Made by a program: the position numbers and the translations under genes. Below, one piece after another: positions 25,701-38,900 of a DNA stretch of 64,000 nucleotides. Where the stretch lies: assembly GCA_964016885.1 (NCBI GenBank), contig OZ024744.1, positions 2,666,001 to 2,730,000 of the forward strand. Direction: 5' to 3'. How positions within the stretch are numbered: the first letter of the stretch is position 1; each line of letters begins with the position of its first letter. The notes under the pieces are model-generated. The model was not told the DNA's origin. It worked only from the letters and a program-made list of their open reading frames with translations, and did no database searches. Origin of the DNA: Eledone cirrhosa (taxonomy: Eukaryota).

Positions 25701-27790
25701 AGTTTTGAGGGAAGACAAGGTAGAGAAAGATAGCTTGGTGAATAACAAAGTTTTGGGAGAAGACAAGGTCGAGAAAGATAGCTTGGTGAAGAACGAAGTT
25801 TTGAGGGTAGACAAGGTAGAGAAAGATAGCTTGGTGAAGAACGACGTTTTGAGGGAAGACAAGATAGAGAAAGATAGCTTGGTGAAGAACGACGTTTTGT
25901 GGGAAGACAAGGTAGAGAAAGATAGCTTGGTGAAGAACGAAGTTTTGTGGGAAGACAAGGTAGAGAAAGATAGCTTGGTGAAGAACGAAGTTTTGGGGGA
26001 AGACAAGGTAGAGAATAATAGTTTGGTGAAGAACGAAGTTTTGGGGGAAGACAAGGTAGAGAAAGATAGCTTGGTGAAGAACGACGTTTTGAGGGAAGAC
26101 AAGGTAGAGAAAGATAGCTTGGTGAAGAACGAAGTTTGGGGAAGACAATGTAGAGAAAGATAGCTTGGTGAAGAACGAAGTTTTGGGGGAAGACAAGGTA
26201 GAGAAAGATAGCTTGGTGAAGAACGAAGTTTTGGGGGAAGACAAGGTAGAGAAAGATAGCTTGGTGAAGAACGACGTTTTGTGGGAAGACAAGGTAGAGA
26301 AAGATAGCTTGGTGAAGAACGAAGTTTTGGGGGAAGACAAGTTAGAGAAAGATAGCTTGGTGAAGAACGAAGTTTTGGTGGAAGACAAGGTAGAGAAAGA
26401 TAGCTTGGTGAAGAACGATGTTTTGGGGAAGACAATGTAGAGAAAGATAGCTTGGTGAAGAACGAAGTTTTGGGGGAAGACAAGGTAGAGAAAGATAGCT
26501 TGGTGAAGAACGAAGTTTTGAGGGAAGACAAGGTAGAGAAAGATAGCTTGGTGAATAACGAAGTTTTGGGAGAAGACAAGGTAGAGAAAGATAGTTGGTG
26601 AAGAACGAAGTTTTGAGGGAAGACAAGGTAGAGAAAGATAGATTGGTGAAGAACGACGTTTTGAGGGAAGACAAGGTAGAGAAAGATAGCTTGGTGAAGA
26701 ACGACGTTTTGTGGGAAGACAAGGTAGAGAAAGATAGCTTGGTGAAGAACGAAGTTTTGGGGGAAGACAAGGTAGAGAAAGATAGCTTGGTGAAGAACGA
26801 AGTTTTGGGGGAAGACAAGGTAGAGAAAGATAGCTTGGTGAAGAACGAAGTTTTGGGGGAAGACAAGGTAGAGAAAGATAGCTTGGTGAAGAACGAAGTT
26901 TTGTGGAAGACAATGTAGAGAAAGATAGCTTGGTGAAGAACGAAGTTTTGGGGAAGACAAGGTAGAGAAAGATAGCTTGGTGAATAACGAAGTTTTGGGA
27001 GAAGACAAGGTAGAGAAAGATAGCTTGGTGAAGAACGAAGTTTTGAGGGAAGACAAGGTAGAGAAAGATAGCTTGGTGAAGAACGACATTTTGAGGGAAG
27101 ACAAGGTAGAGAAAGATAGCTTGGTGAAGAACGACGTTTTGTGGGAAGACAAGGTAGAGAAAGATAGCTTGGTGAAGAACGAAGTTTTGGGGGAAGACAA
27201 GGTAGAGAAAGATAGCTTGGTGAAGAACGAAGTTTTGGGGGAAGACAAGGTAGAGAAAGATAGCTTGGTGAAGAACGAAGTTTTGGGGGAAGACAAGGTA
27301 GAGAAAGATAGCTTGGTGAAGAACGAAGTGTTGGGGAAGACAATGTAGAGAAAGATAGCTTGGTGAAGAACGAAGTTTTGGGGGAAGACAAGGTAGAGAA
27401 AGATAGCTTGGTGAAGAACGAAGTTTTGAGGGAAGACAAGGTAGAGAAAGATAGCTTGGTGAATAACAAAGTTTTGGGAGAACACAAGGTCGAGAAAGAT
27501 AGCTTGGTGAAGAACGAAGTTTTGAGGGTAGACAAGGTAGAGAAAGATAGCTTGGTGAAGAACGACGTTTTGAGGGAAGACAAGATAGAGAAAGATAGCT
27601 TGGTGAAGAACGACGTTTTGTGGGAAGACAAGGTAGAGAAAGATAGCTTGGTGAAGAACGAAGTTTTGTGGGAAGACAAGGTAGAGAAAGATAGCTTGGT
27701 GAAGAACGAAGTTTTGGGGGAAGACAAGGTAGAGAATAATAGTTTGGTGAAGAACGAAGTTTTGGGGGAAGACAAGGTAGAGAAAGATAG
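22723..27790 (+). repeat. 1721-bp (36-monomer) higher-order repeat, ~3 copies
   Basis: Blocks 22723/24444/26165, 23153/24874/26595, 23535/25256/26977 and 23918/25639/27360 match. A 46-bp monomer (GAAGTTTGGGGAAGACAATG) lies at the junctions at ~24398 and ~26119. Confidence 0.92.
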
Positions 27791-28701
27791 CTTGGTGAAG
27801 AACGAAGTTTTGGGGGAAGACAAGGTAGAGAAAGATAGGTTGGTGAAGAACTAAGTTTTGGGAGAAAACAAGGTAGAGAAAGATAGCTTGGTGAAGAACG
27901 AAGTTTTGAGGGAAGACAAGGTAGAGAAAGATAGCTTGGTGAAGAACGACGTTTTGAGGGAAGACAAGGTAGAGAAAGATAGCTTGGTGAAGAACGACGT
28001 TTTGTGGGAAGACAAGGTAGAGAAAGATAGCTTGGTGAAGAACGAAGTTTTGGGGGAAGACAAGGTAGAGAAAGATAGCTTGGTGAATAACGAAGTTTTG
28101 GGAGAAGACAAGGTCGAGAAAGATAGCTTGGTGAAGAACGAAATGTTGAGGGAAGACAAGGTAGAGAAAGATAGCTTGGTGAAGAACGACGTTTTGAGGG
28201 AAGACAAGATAGAGAAAGATAGCTTGGTGAAGAACGACGTTTTGTGGGAAGACAAGGTAGAGAAAGATAGCTTGGTGAAGAACGAAGTTTTGGGGGAAGA
28301 CAAGTTAGAGAAAGATAGCTTGGTGAAGAACGAAATTTTGGTGGAAGACAAGGTAGAGAAAGATAGCTTGGTGAAGAACGATGTTTTGGGGAAGACAATG
28401 TAGAGAAAGATAGCTTGGTGAAGAACGAAGTTTTGGGGGAAGACAAGGTAGAGAAAGATAGCTTGGTGAAGAACGAAGTTTTGAGGGAGGACAAGGTAGA
28501 GAAAGATAGCTTGGTGAATAACGAAGTTTTGGGAGAAGACAAGGTAGAGAAAGATAGTTGGTGAAGAACGAAGTTTTGAGGGAAGACAAGGTAGAGAAAG
28601 ATAGATTGGTGAAGAACGACGTTTTGAGGGAAGACAAGGTAGAGAAAGATAGCTTGGTGAAGAACGACGTTTTGTGGGAAGACAAGGTAGAGAAAGATAG
28701 C

Positions 28702-31700
28702 TTGGTGAAGAACGAAGTTTTGGGGGAAGACAAGGTAGAGAAAGATAGCTTGGTGAAGAACGAAGTTTTGGGGAAGACAATGTAGAGAAAGATAGCTTGG
28801 TGAAGAACGAAGTTTTGGGGGAAGACAAGGTAGAGAAAGATAGCTTGGTGAAGAACGAAGTTTTGAGGGAAGACAAGGTAGAGAAAGATAGCTTGGTGAA
28901 GAACAACGTTTTGGGGGAAGACAAGGTAGAGAAAGATAGCTTGGTGAAGAACGACGTTTTGAGGGAAGACAAGGTAGAGAAAGATAGCTTGGTGAAGAAC
29001 GAAGTTTTGGGGAAGACAATGTAGAGAAAGATAGCTTGGTGAAGAACGAAGTTTTGAGGGAAGACAAGGTAGAGAAAGATAGCTTGGTGAATAACGAAGT
29101 TTTGGGAGAAGACAAGGTAGAGAAAGATAGTTGGTGAAGAACGAAGTTTTGAAGGAAGACAAGGCAGAGAAAGATAGCTTGGTGAAGAACGAAGTTTTGA
29201 GGGAAGACAAGGTAGAGAAAGATAGCTTGGTGAAGAACGACATTTTGTGGGAAGACAAGGTAGAGAAAGATAGCTTGGTGAATAACGAAGTTTTGGGAGA
29301 AGACAAGGTGCAGAAAGATAGCTTGGTGAAGAACGATGTTTTGAGGGAAGACAAGGTAGAGAAAGATAGCTTGGTGAAGAACGACGTTTTGTGGGAAGAC
29401 AAGGTAGAGAAAGATAGCTTGGTGAAGAACGAACTTTTGGGGGAAGACAAGGTAGAGAAAGATAGCTTGGTGAAGAACGAAGTTTTGGGGGAAGACAAGG
29501 TAGAGAAAGATAGCTTGGTGAAGAACGAAGTTTTGGGGAAGACAATGTAGAGAAAGATAGCTTGGTGAAGAACGAAGATTTGGGGGAAGACAAGGTAGAG
29601 AAAGATAGCTTGGTGAAGAACGAAGTTTTGGGAGAAGACAAGGTAGAGAAAGATAGCTTGGTGAAGAACGAAGTTTTGAGGGAAGACAAGGTAGAGAAAG
29701 ATAGCTTGGTGAAGAACGACGTTTTGAGGGAAGACAAGGTAGAGAAAGATAGCTTGGTGAAGAACGACGTTTTGTGGGAAGACAAGGTAGAGAAAGATAG
29801 CTTGGTGAAGAACGAAGTTTTGGGGGAAGACAAGGTAGAGAAAGATAGCTTGGTGAAGAACGGAGTTTTGGGGGAAGACAAGGTAGAGAAAGATAGCTTG
29901 GTGAAGAACGAAGTTTTGGGGGAAGACAAGGTAGAGAAAGATAGCTTGGTGAAGAACGAAGTTTTGTGGAAGACAATGTAGAGAAAGATAGCTTGGTGAA
30001 GAACGAAGTTTTGGGGAAGACAATGTAGAGAAAGATAGCTTGGTGAATAACGACGTTTTGAGGGAAGACAAGGTAGAGAAAGATAGCTTGGTGAAGAACG
30101 ACGTTTTGTGGGAAGACAAGGTAGAGAAAGATAGCTTGGTGAAGAACGAAGTTTTGGGGGAAGACAAGGTAGAGAAAGATAGCTTGGTGAAGAACGAAGT
30201 TTTGGGGGAAGACAAGGTAGAGAAAGATAGCTTGGTGAAGAACGAAGTTTTGTGGGAAGACAAGGTAGAGAAAGATAGCTTGGTGAAGAACGAAGTTTTG
30301 GGGAAGACAATGTAGAGAAAGATAGCTTGGTGAAGAACGAAGTTTTGGGGGAAGACAAGGTAGAGAAAGATAGCTTGGTGAATAACGAAATTTTGGGAGA
30401 AGACAAGGTCGAGAAAGATAGCTTGGTGAAGAACGAAATTTTGAGGGAAGACAAGGTAGAGAAAGATAGCTTGGTGAAGAACGACGTTTTGGTGGAAGAC
30501 AAGGTAGAGAAAGATAGCTTGGTGAAGAACGATGTTTTGGGGAAGACAATGTAGAGAAAGATAGCTTGGTGAGGAACGAAGTTTTCGGGGAAGACAAGGT
30601 AGAGAAAGATAGCTTGGTGAAGAACGACGTTTTGAGGGAAGACAAGGTAGAGAAAGATAGCTTGGTGAAGAACGACGTTTTGTGGGAAGACAAGGTAGAG
30701 AAAGATAGCATGGTGAAGAACGATGTTTTGGGGGAAGACAAGGTAGAGAAAGATAGCTTGGTGAAGAACGGAGTTTTGGGGGAAGACAAGGTAGAGAAAG
30801 ATAGCTTGGTGAAGAACGAAGTTTTGGGGGAAGACAAGGTAGAGAAAGATAGCTTGGTGAAGAACGAAGTTTTGGGGAAGACAATGTAGAGAAAGATAGC
30901 TTGGTGAAGAACGAAGTTTTGGGGGAAGACAAGGTAGAGAAAGATAGCTTGGTGAAGAACGAAGTTTTGAGGGAAGACAAGGTAGAGAAAGATAGCTTGG
31001 TGAAGAACAACGTTTTGGGGGAAGACAAGGTAGAGAAAGATAGCTTGGTGAAGAACGACGTTTTGAGGGAAGACAAGGTAGAGAAAGATAGCTTGGTGAA
31101 GAACGAAGTTTTGGGGAAGACAATGTAGAGAAAGATAGCTTGGTGAAGAACGAAGTTTTGAGGGAAGACAAGGTAGAGAAAGATAGCTTGGTGAATAACG
31201 AAGTTTTGGGAGAAGACAAGGTAGAGAAAGATAGTTGGTGAAGAACGAAGTTTTGAAGGAAGACAAGGCAGAGAAAGATAGCTTGGTGAAGAACGAAGTT
31301 TTGAGGGAAGACAAGGTAGAGAAAGATAGCTTGGTGAAGAACGACATTTTGTGGGAAGACAAGGTAGAGAAAGATAGCTTGGTGAATAACGAAGTTTTGG
31401 GAGAAGACAAGGTGCAGAAAGATAGCTTGGTGAAGAACGAAGTTTTGAGGGAAGACAAGGTAGAGAAAGATAGCTTGGTGAAGAACGACGTTTTGTGGGA
31501 AGACAAGGTAGAGAAAGATAGCTTGGTGAAGAACGAACTTTTGGGGGAAGACAAGGTAGAGAAAGATAGCTTGGTGAAGAACGAAGTTTTGGGGGAAGAC
31601 AAGGTAGAGAAAGATAGCTTGGTGAAGAACGAAGTTTTGGGGAAGACAATGTAGAGAAAGATAGCTTGGTGAAGAACGAAGATTTGGGGGAAGACAAGGT

Positions 31701-32957
31701 AGAGAAAGATAGCTTGGTGAAGAACGAAGTTTTGGGAGAAGACAAGGTAGAGAAAGATAGCTTGGTGAAGAACGAAGTTTTGAGGGAAGACAAGGTAGAG
31801 AAAGATAGCTTGGTGAAGAACGACGTTTTGAGGGAAGACAAGGTAGAGAAAGATAGCTTGGTGAAGAACGACGTTTTGTGGGAAGACAAGGTAGAGAAAG
31901 ATAGCTTGGTGAAGAACGAAGTTTTGGGGGAAGACAAGGTAGAGAAAGATAGCTTGGTGAAGAACGGAGTTTTGGGGGAAGACAAGGTAGAGAAAGATAG
32001 CTTGGTGAAGAACGAAGTTTTGGGGGAAGACAAGGTAGAGAAAGATAGCTTGGTGAAGAACGAAGTTTTGTGGAAGACAATGTAGAGAAAGATAGCTTGG
32101 TGAAGAACGAAGTTTTGGGGAAGACAATGTAGAGAAAGATAGCTTGGTGAATAACGACGTTTTGAGGGAAGACAAGGTAGAGAAAGATAGCTTGGTGAAG
32201 AACGACGTTTTGTGGGAAGACAAGGTAGAGAAAGATAGCTTGGTGAAGAACGAAGTTTTGGGGGAAGACAAGGTAGAGAAAGATAGCTTGGTGAAGAACG
32301 AAGTTATGGGGGAAGACAAGGTAGAGAAAGATAGCTTGGTGAAGAACGAAGTTTTGTGGGAAGACAAGGTAGAGAAAGATAGCTTGGTGAAGAACGAAGT
32401 TTTGGGGAAGACAATGTAGAGAAAGATAGCTTGGTGAAGAACGAAGTTTTGGGGGAAGACAAGGTAGAGAAAGATAGCTTGGTGAATAAGGAAGTTTTGG
32501 GAGAAGACAAGGTCGAGAAAGATAGCTTGGTGAAGAACGAAATTTTGAGGGAAGACAAGGTAGAGAAAGATAGCTTGGTGAAGAACGACGTTTTGGTGGA
32601 AGACAAGGTAGAGAAAGATAGCTTGGTGAAGAACGATGTTTTGGGGAAGACAATGTAGAGAAAGATAGCTTGGTGAGGAACGAAGTTTTCGGGGAAGACA
32701 AGGTAGAGAAAGATAGCTTGGTGAAGAACGACGTTTTGAGGGAAGACAAGGTAGAGAAAGATAGCTTGGTGAAGAACGACGTTTTGTGGGAAGACAAGGT
32801 AGAGAAAGATAGCATGGTGAAGAACGATGTTTTGGGGGAAGACAAGGTAGAGAAAGATAGCTTGGTGAAGAACGGAGTTTTGGGGGAAGACAAGGTAGAG
32901 AAAGATAGCTTGGTGAAGAACGAAGTTTTGGGGGAAGACAAGGTAGAGAAAGATAGC
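28702..32957 (+). repeat. 2104-bp (44-monomer) tandem duplication, 2 copies
   Basis: Blocks 28797/30901, 29131/31235, 29562/31666, 30040/32144, 30327/32431 and 30566/32670 match. Private variants include TTGAAGGAAG, GGTGCAGAAA, GAACTTTTG and GAAGATTTGG. Confidence 0.9.
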
Positions 32958-35900
32958 TTGGTGAAGAACGAAGTTTTGTGGAAGACAATGTAGAGAAAGA
33001 TAGCTTGGTGAAGAACGAAGTTTTGGGGAAGACAATGTAGAGAAAGATAGCTTGGTGAAGAACGAAGTTTTGGGGGAAGACAAGGTAGAGAAAGATAGCT
33101 TGGTGAAGAACGAAATTTTGGGAGAAGACAAGGTAGAGAAAGATAGCTTGGTGAAGAACGAAGTTTTGAGGGAAGACAAGGTAGAGAAAGATAGCTTGGT
33201 GAAGAACGACGTTTTGAGGGAAGACAAGGTAGAGAAAGATAGCTTGGTGAAGAACGACGTTTTGTGGGAAGACAAGGTAGAGAAAGATAGCTTGGTGAAG
33301 AACGGAGTTTTGGGGGAAGACAAGGTAGAGAAAGATAGCTTGGTGAAGAACGAAGTTTTGGGAGAAGACAAGGTAGAGAAAGATAGCTTGGTGAAGAACG
33401 AAGTTTTGAGGGAAGACAAGGTAGAGAAAGATAGCTTGGTGAAGAACGACGTTTTGAGAGAAGACAAGGTAGAGAAAGATAGCTTGGTGAAGAACGACGT
33501 TTTGTGGGAAGACAAGGTAGAGAAAGATAGCTTGGTGAAGAACGAAGTTTTGGGGGAAGACAAGGTAGAGAAAGATAGCTTGGTGAAGAACGAAGTTTTG
33601 TGGGAAGACAAGGTAGAGAAAGATAGCTTGGTGAAGAACGAAGTTTTGGGGAAGACAATGTAGAGAAAGATTGCTTGGTGAAGAACGAAGTTTTGGGGGA
33701 AGACAAGGTAGAGAAAGATAGCTTGGTGAATAACGAAATTTTGGGAGAAGACAAGGTCGAGAAAGATAGCTTGGTGAAGAACGAAATTTTGAGGGAAGAC
33801 AAGGTAGAGAAATATAGCTTGGTGAAGAACGACGTTTTGGTGGAAGACAAGGTAGAGAAAGATAGCTTGGTGAAGAATGACCTTTTGTGGGAAGACAAGG
33901 TAGAGAAAGATAGCTTGGTGAAGAACGAAATTTTGAGGGAAGACAAGGTAGAGAAAGATAGCTTGGTGAAGAACGACGTTTTGGTGGAAGACAAGGTAGA
34001 GAAAGATAGCTTGGTGAAGAACGATGTTTTGGGGAAGACAATGTAGAGAAAGATAGCTTGGTGAAGAACGAAGTTTTGGGGGAAGACAAGGTAGAGAAAG
34101 ATAGCTTGGTGAAGGACGACGTTTTGAGGGAAGACAAGGTAGAGAAAGATAGCTTGATGAAGAACGACGTTTTGTGGGAAGACAAGGTAGAGAAAGATAG
34201 CTTGGTGAAGAACGAAGTTTTGGGGGAAGACAAGGTAGAGAAAGATAGCTTGGTGAAGAACGGAGTTTTGGGGGAAGACAAGGTAGAGAAAGATAGCTTG
34301 GTGAAGAACGAAGTTTTGGGGGAAGACAAGGTAGAGAAAGATAGCTTGGTGAAGAACGAAGTTTTGTGGAAGACAATGTAGAGAAAGATAGCTTGGAGAA
34401 GAACGAAGTTTTGGGGAAGACAATGTAGAGAAAGATAGCTTGGTGAAGAACGAAGTTTTGGGGGAAGACAAGGTAGAGAAAGATAGCTTGGTGAAGAACG
34501 AAGTTTTGGGAGAAGACAAGGTAGAGAAAGATAGCTTGGTGAAGAACGAAGTTTTGAGGGAAGACAAGGTAGAGAAAGATAGCTTGGTGAAGAACGACGT
34601 TTTGAGGGAAGACAAGGTAGAGAAAGATAGCTTGGTGAAGAACGACGTTTTGTGGGAAGACAAGGCAGAGAAAGATAGCTTGGTGAAGAACGAAGTTTTG
34701 TGGGAAGACAAGGTAGAGAAAGATAGCTTGGTGAAGAACGAAGTTTTGGGGGAAGACAAGGTAGAGAAAGATAGCTTGGTGAATAACGAAATTTTGTGAG
34801 AAGACAAGGTCGAGAAAGATAGCTTGGTGAAGAACGAAATGTTGAGGGAAGACAAGGTAGAGAAAGATAGCTTGGTGAAGAACGACGTTTTGGTGGAAGA
34901 CAAGGTAGAGAAAGATAGCTTGGTGAAGAACGATGTTTTGTGGGAAGACAAGGTAGAGAAAGATAGCTTGGTGAAGAACGAAGTTTTGGGGGAAGACAAG
35001 GTAGAGAAAGATAGCTTGGTGAAGAACGAAGTTTTGGGGGAAGACAAGGTAGAGAAAGATAGCTTGGTGAAGAACGAAGTTTTGTGGGAAGACAAGGTAG
35101 AGAAAGATAGCTTGGTGAAGAACGAAGTTTTGGGGAAGACAATGTAGAGAAAGATAGCTTGGTGAAGAACGAAGTTTTGGGGGAAGACAAGGTAGAGAAA
35201 GATAGCTTGGTGAATAACGAAATTTTGGGAGAAGACAAGGTCGAGAAAGATAGCTTGGTGAAGAACGAAGTTTTGGGGGAAGACAAGGTAGAGAAAGATA
35301 GCTTGGTGAAGAACGAAGTTTTGGGAGAAGACAAGGTAGAGAAAGATAGCTTGGTGAAGAACGAAGTTTTGAGGGAAGACAAGGTAGAGAAAGATAGCTT
35401 GGTGAATAACGACGTTTTGAGGGAAGACAAGGTAGAGAAAGATAGCTTGGTGAAGAACGACGTTTTGTGGGAAGACAAGGTAGAGAAAGATAGCTTGGTG
35501 AAGAACGAAGTTTTGGGGGAAGACAAGGTAGAGAAAGATAGCTTGGTGAAGAACGAAGTTTTGGGGGAAGACAAGGTAGATAAAGATAGCTTGGTGAAGA
35601 ACGAAGTTTTGTGGGAAGACAAGGTAGAGAAAGATAGCTTGGTGAAGAACGAAGTTTTGGGGAAGACAATGTAGAGAAAGATAGCTTGGTGAAGAACGAA
35701 GTTTTGGGGGAAGACAAGGTAGAGAAAGATAGCTTGGTGAATAACGAAATTTTGGGAGAAGACAAGGTCGAGAAAGATAGCTTGGTGAAGAACGAAATTT
35801 TGAGGGAAGACAAGGTAGAGAAAGATAGCTTGGTGAAGAACGACGTTTTGGTGGAAGACAAGGTAGAGAAAGATAGCTTGGTGAAGAACGATGTTTTGGG

Positions 35901-38900
35901 GAAGACAATGTAGAGAAAGATAGCTTGGTGAGGAACGAAGTTTTCGGGGAAGACAAGGTAGAGAAAGATAGCTTGGTGAAGAACGACGTTTTGAGGGAAG
36001 ACAAGGTAGAGAAAGATAGCTTGGTGAAGAACGACGTTTTGTGGGAAGACAAGGTAGAGAAAGATAGCATGGTGAAGAACGATGTTTTGGGGGAAGACAA
36101 GGTAGAGAAAGATAGCTTGGTGAAGAACGGAGTTTTGGGGGAAGACAAGGTAGAGAAAGATAGCTTGGTGAAGAACGAAGTTTTGGGGGAAGACAAGGTA
36201 GAGAAAGATAGCTTGGTGAAGAACGAAGTTTTGTGGAAGACAATGTAGAGAAAGATAGCTTGGTGAAGAACGAAGTTTTGGGGAAGACAATGTAGAGAAA
36301 GATAGCTTGGTGAAGAACGAAGTTTTGGGAGAAGACAAGGTAGAGAAAGATAGCTTGGTGAAGAACGAAGTTTTGGGAGAAGACAAGGTAGAGAAAGATA
36401 GCTTGGTGAAGAACGAAGTTTTGAGGGAAGACAAGGTAGAGAAAGATAGCTTGGTGAAGAACGACGTTTTGAGGGAAGACAAGGTAGAGAAAGATAGCTT
36501 GGTGAAGAACGACGTTTTGTGGGAAGACAAGGTAGAGAAAGATAGCTTGGTGAAGAACGGAGTTTTGGGGGAAGACAAGGTAGAGAAAGATAGCTTGGTG
36601 AAGAACGAAGTTTTGGGAGAAGACAAGGTAGAGAAAGATAGCTTGGTGAAGAACGAAGTTTTGAGGGAAGACAAGGTAGAGAAAGATAGCTTGGTGAAGA
36701 ACGACGTTTTGAGAGAAGACAAGGTAGAGAAAGATAGCTTGGTGAAGAACGACGTTTTGTGGGAAGACAAGGTAGAGAAAGATAGCTTGGTGAAGAACGA
36801 AGTTTTGGGGGAAGACAAGGTAGAGAAAGATAGCTTGGTGAAGAACGAAGTTTTGTGGGAAGACAAGGTAGAGAAAGATAGCTTGGTGAAGAACGAAGTT
36901 TTGGGGAAGACAATGTAGAGAAAGATTGCTTGGTGAAGAACGAAGTTTTGGGGGAAGACAAGGTAGAGAAAGATAGCTTGGTGAATAACGAAATTTTGGG
37001 AGAAGACAAGGTCGAGAAAGATAGCTTGGTGAAGAACGAAATTTTGAGGGAAGACAAGGTAGAGAAAGATAGCTTGGTGAAGAACGACGTTTTGGTGGAA
37101 GACAAGGTAGAGAAAGATAGCTTGGTGAAGAATGACCTTTTGTGGGAAGACAAGGTAGAGAAAGATAGCTTGGTGAAGAACGAAATTTTGAGGGAAGACA
37201 AGGTAGAGAAAGATAGCTTGGTGAAGAACGACGTTTTGGTGGAAGACAAGGTAGAGAAAGATAGCTTGGTGAAGAACGATGTTTTGGGGAAGACAATGTA
37301 GAGAAAGATAGCTTGGTGAAGAACGAAGTTTTGGGGGAAGACAAGGTAGAGAAAGATAGCTTGGTGAAGGACGACGTTTTGAGGGAAGACAAGGTAGAGA
37401 AAGATAGCTTGATGAAGAACGACGTTTTGTGGGAAGACAAGGTAGAGAAAGATAGCTTGGTGAAGAACGAAGTTTTGGGGGAAGACAAGGTAGAGAAAGA
37501 TAGCTTGGTGAAGAACGGAGTTTTGGGGGAAGACAAGGTAGAGAAAGATAGCTTGGTGAAGAACGAAGTTTTGGGGGAAGACAAGGTAGAGAAAGATAGC
37601 TTGGTGAAGAACGAAGTTTTGTGGAAGACAATGTAGAGAAAGATAGCTTGGAGAAGAACGAAGTTTTGGGGAAGACAATGTAGAGAAAGATAGCTTGGTG
37701 AAGAACGAAGTTTTGGGGGAAGACAAGGTAGAGAAAGATAGCTTGGTGAAGAACGAAGTTTTGGGAGAAGACAAGGTAGAGAAAGATAGCTTGGTGAAGA
37801 ACGAAGTTTTGAGGGAAGACAAGGTAGAGAAAGATAGCTTGGTGAAGAACGACGTTTTGAGGGAAGACAAGGTAGAGAAAGATAGCTTGGTGAAGAACGA
37901 CGTTTTGTGGGAAGACAAGGCAGAGAAAGATAGCTTGGTGAAGAACGAAGTTTTGTGGGAAGACAAGGTAGAGAAAGATAGCTTGGTGAAGAACGAAGTT
38001 TTGGGGGAAGACAAGGTAGAGAAAGATAGCTTGGTGAATAACGAAATTTTGTGAGAAGACAAGGTCGAGAAAGATAGCTTGGTGAAGAACGAAATGTTGA
38101 GGGAAGACAAGGTAGAGAAAGATAGCTTGGTGAAGAACGACGTTTTGGTGGAAGACAAGGTAGAGAAAGATAGCTTGGTGAAGAACGATGTTTTGTGGGA
38201 AGACAAGGTAGAGAAAGATAGCTTGGTGAAGAACGAAGTTTTGGGGGAAGACAAGGTAGAGAAAGATAGCTTGGTGAAGAACGAAGTTTTGGGGGAAGAC
38301 AAGGTAGAGAAAGATAGCTTGGTGAAGAACGAAGTTTTGTGGGAAGACAAGGTAGAGAAAGATAGCTTGGTGAAGAACGAAGTTTTGGGGAAGACAATGT
38401 AGAGAAAGATAGCTTGGTGAAGAACGAAGTTTTGGGGGAAGACAAGGTAGAGAAAGATAGCTTGGTGAATAACGAAATTTTGGGAGAAGACAAGGTCGAG
38501 AAAGATAGCTTGGTGAAGAACGAAGTTTTGGGGGAAGACAAGGTAGAGAAAGATAGCTTGGTGAAGAACGAAGTTTTGGGAGAAGACAAGGTAGAGAAAG
38601 ATAGCTTGGTGAAGAACGAAGTTTTGAGGGAAGACAAGGTAGAGAAAGATAGCTTGGTGAATAACGACGTTTTGAGGGAAGACAAGGTAGAGAAAGATAG
38701 CTTGGTGAAGAACGACGTTTTGTGGGAAGACAAGGTAGAGAAAGATAGCTTGGTGAAGAACGAAGTTTTGGGGGAAGACAAGGTAGAGAAAGATAGCTTG
38801 GTGAAGAACGAAGTTTTGGGGGAAGACAAGGTAGATAAAGATAGCTTGGTGAAGAACGAAGTTTTGTGGGAAGACAAGGTAGAGAAAGATAGCTTGGTGA

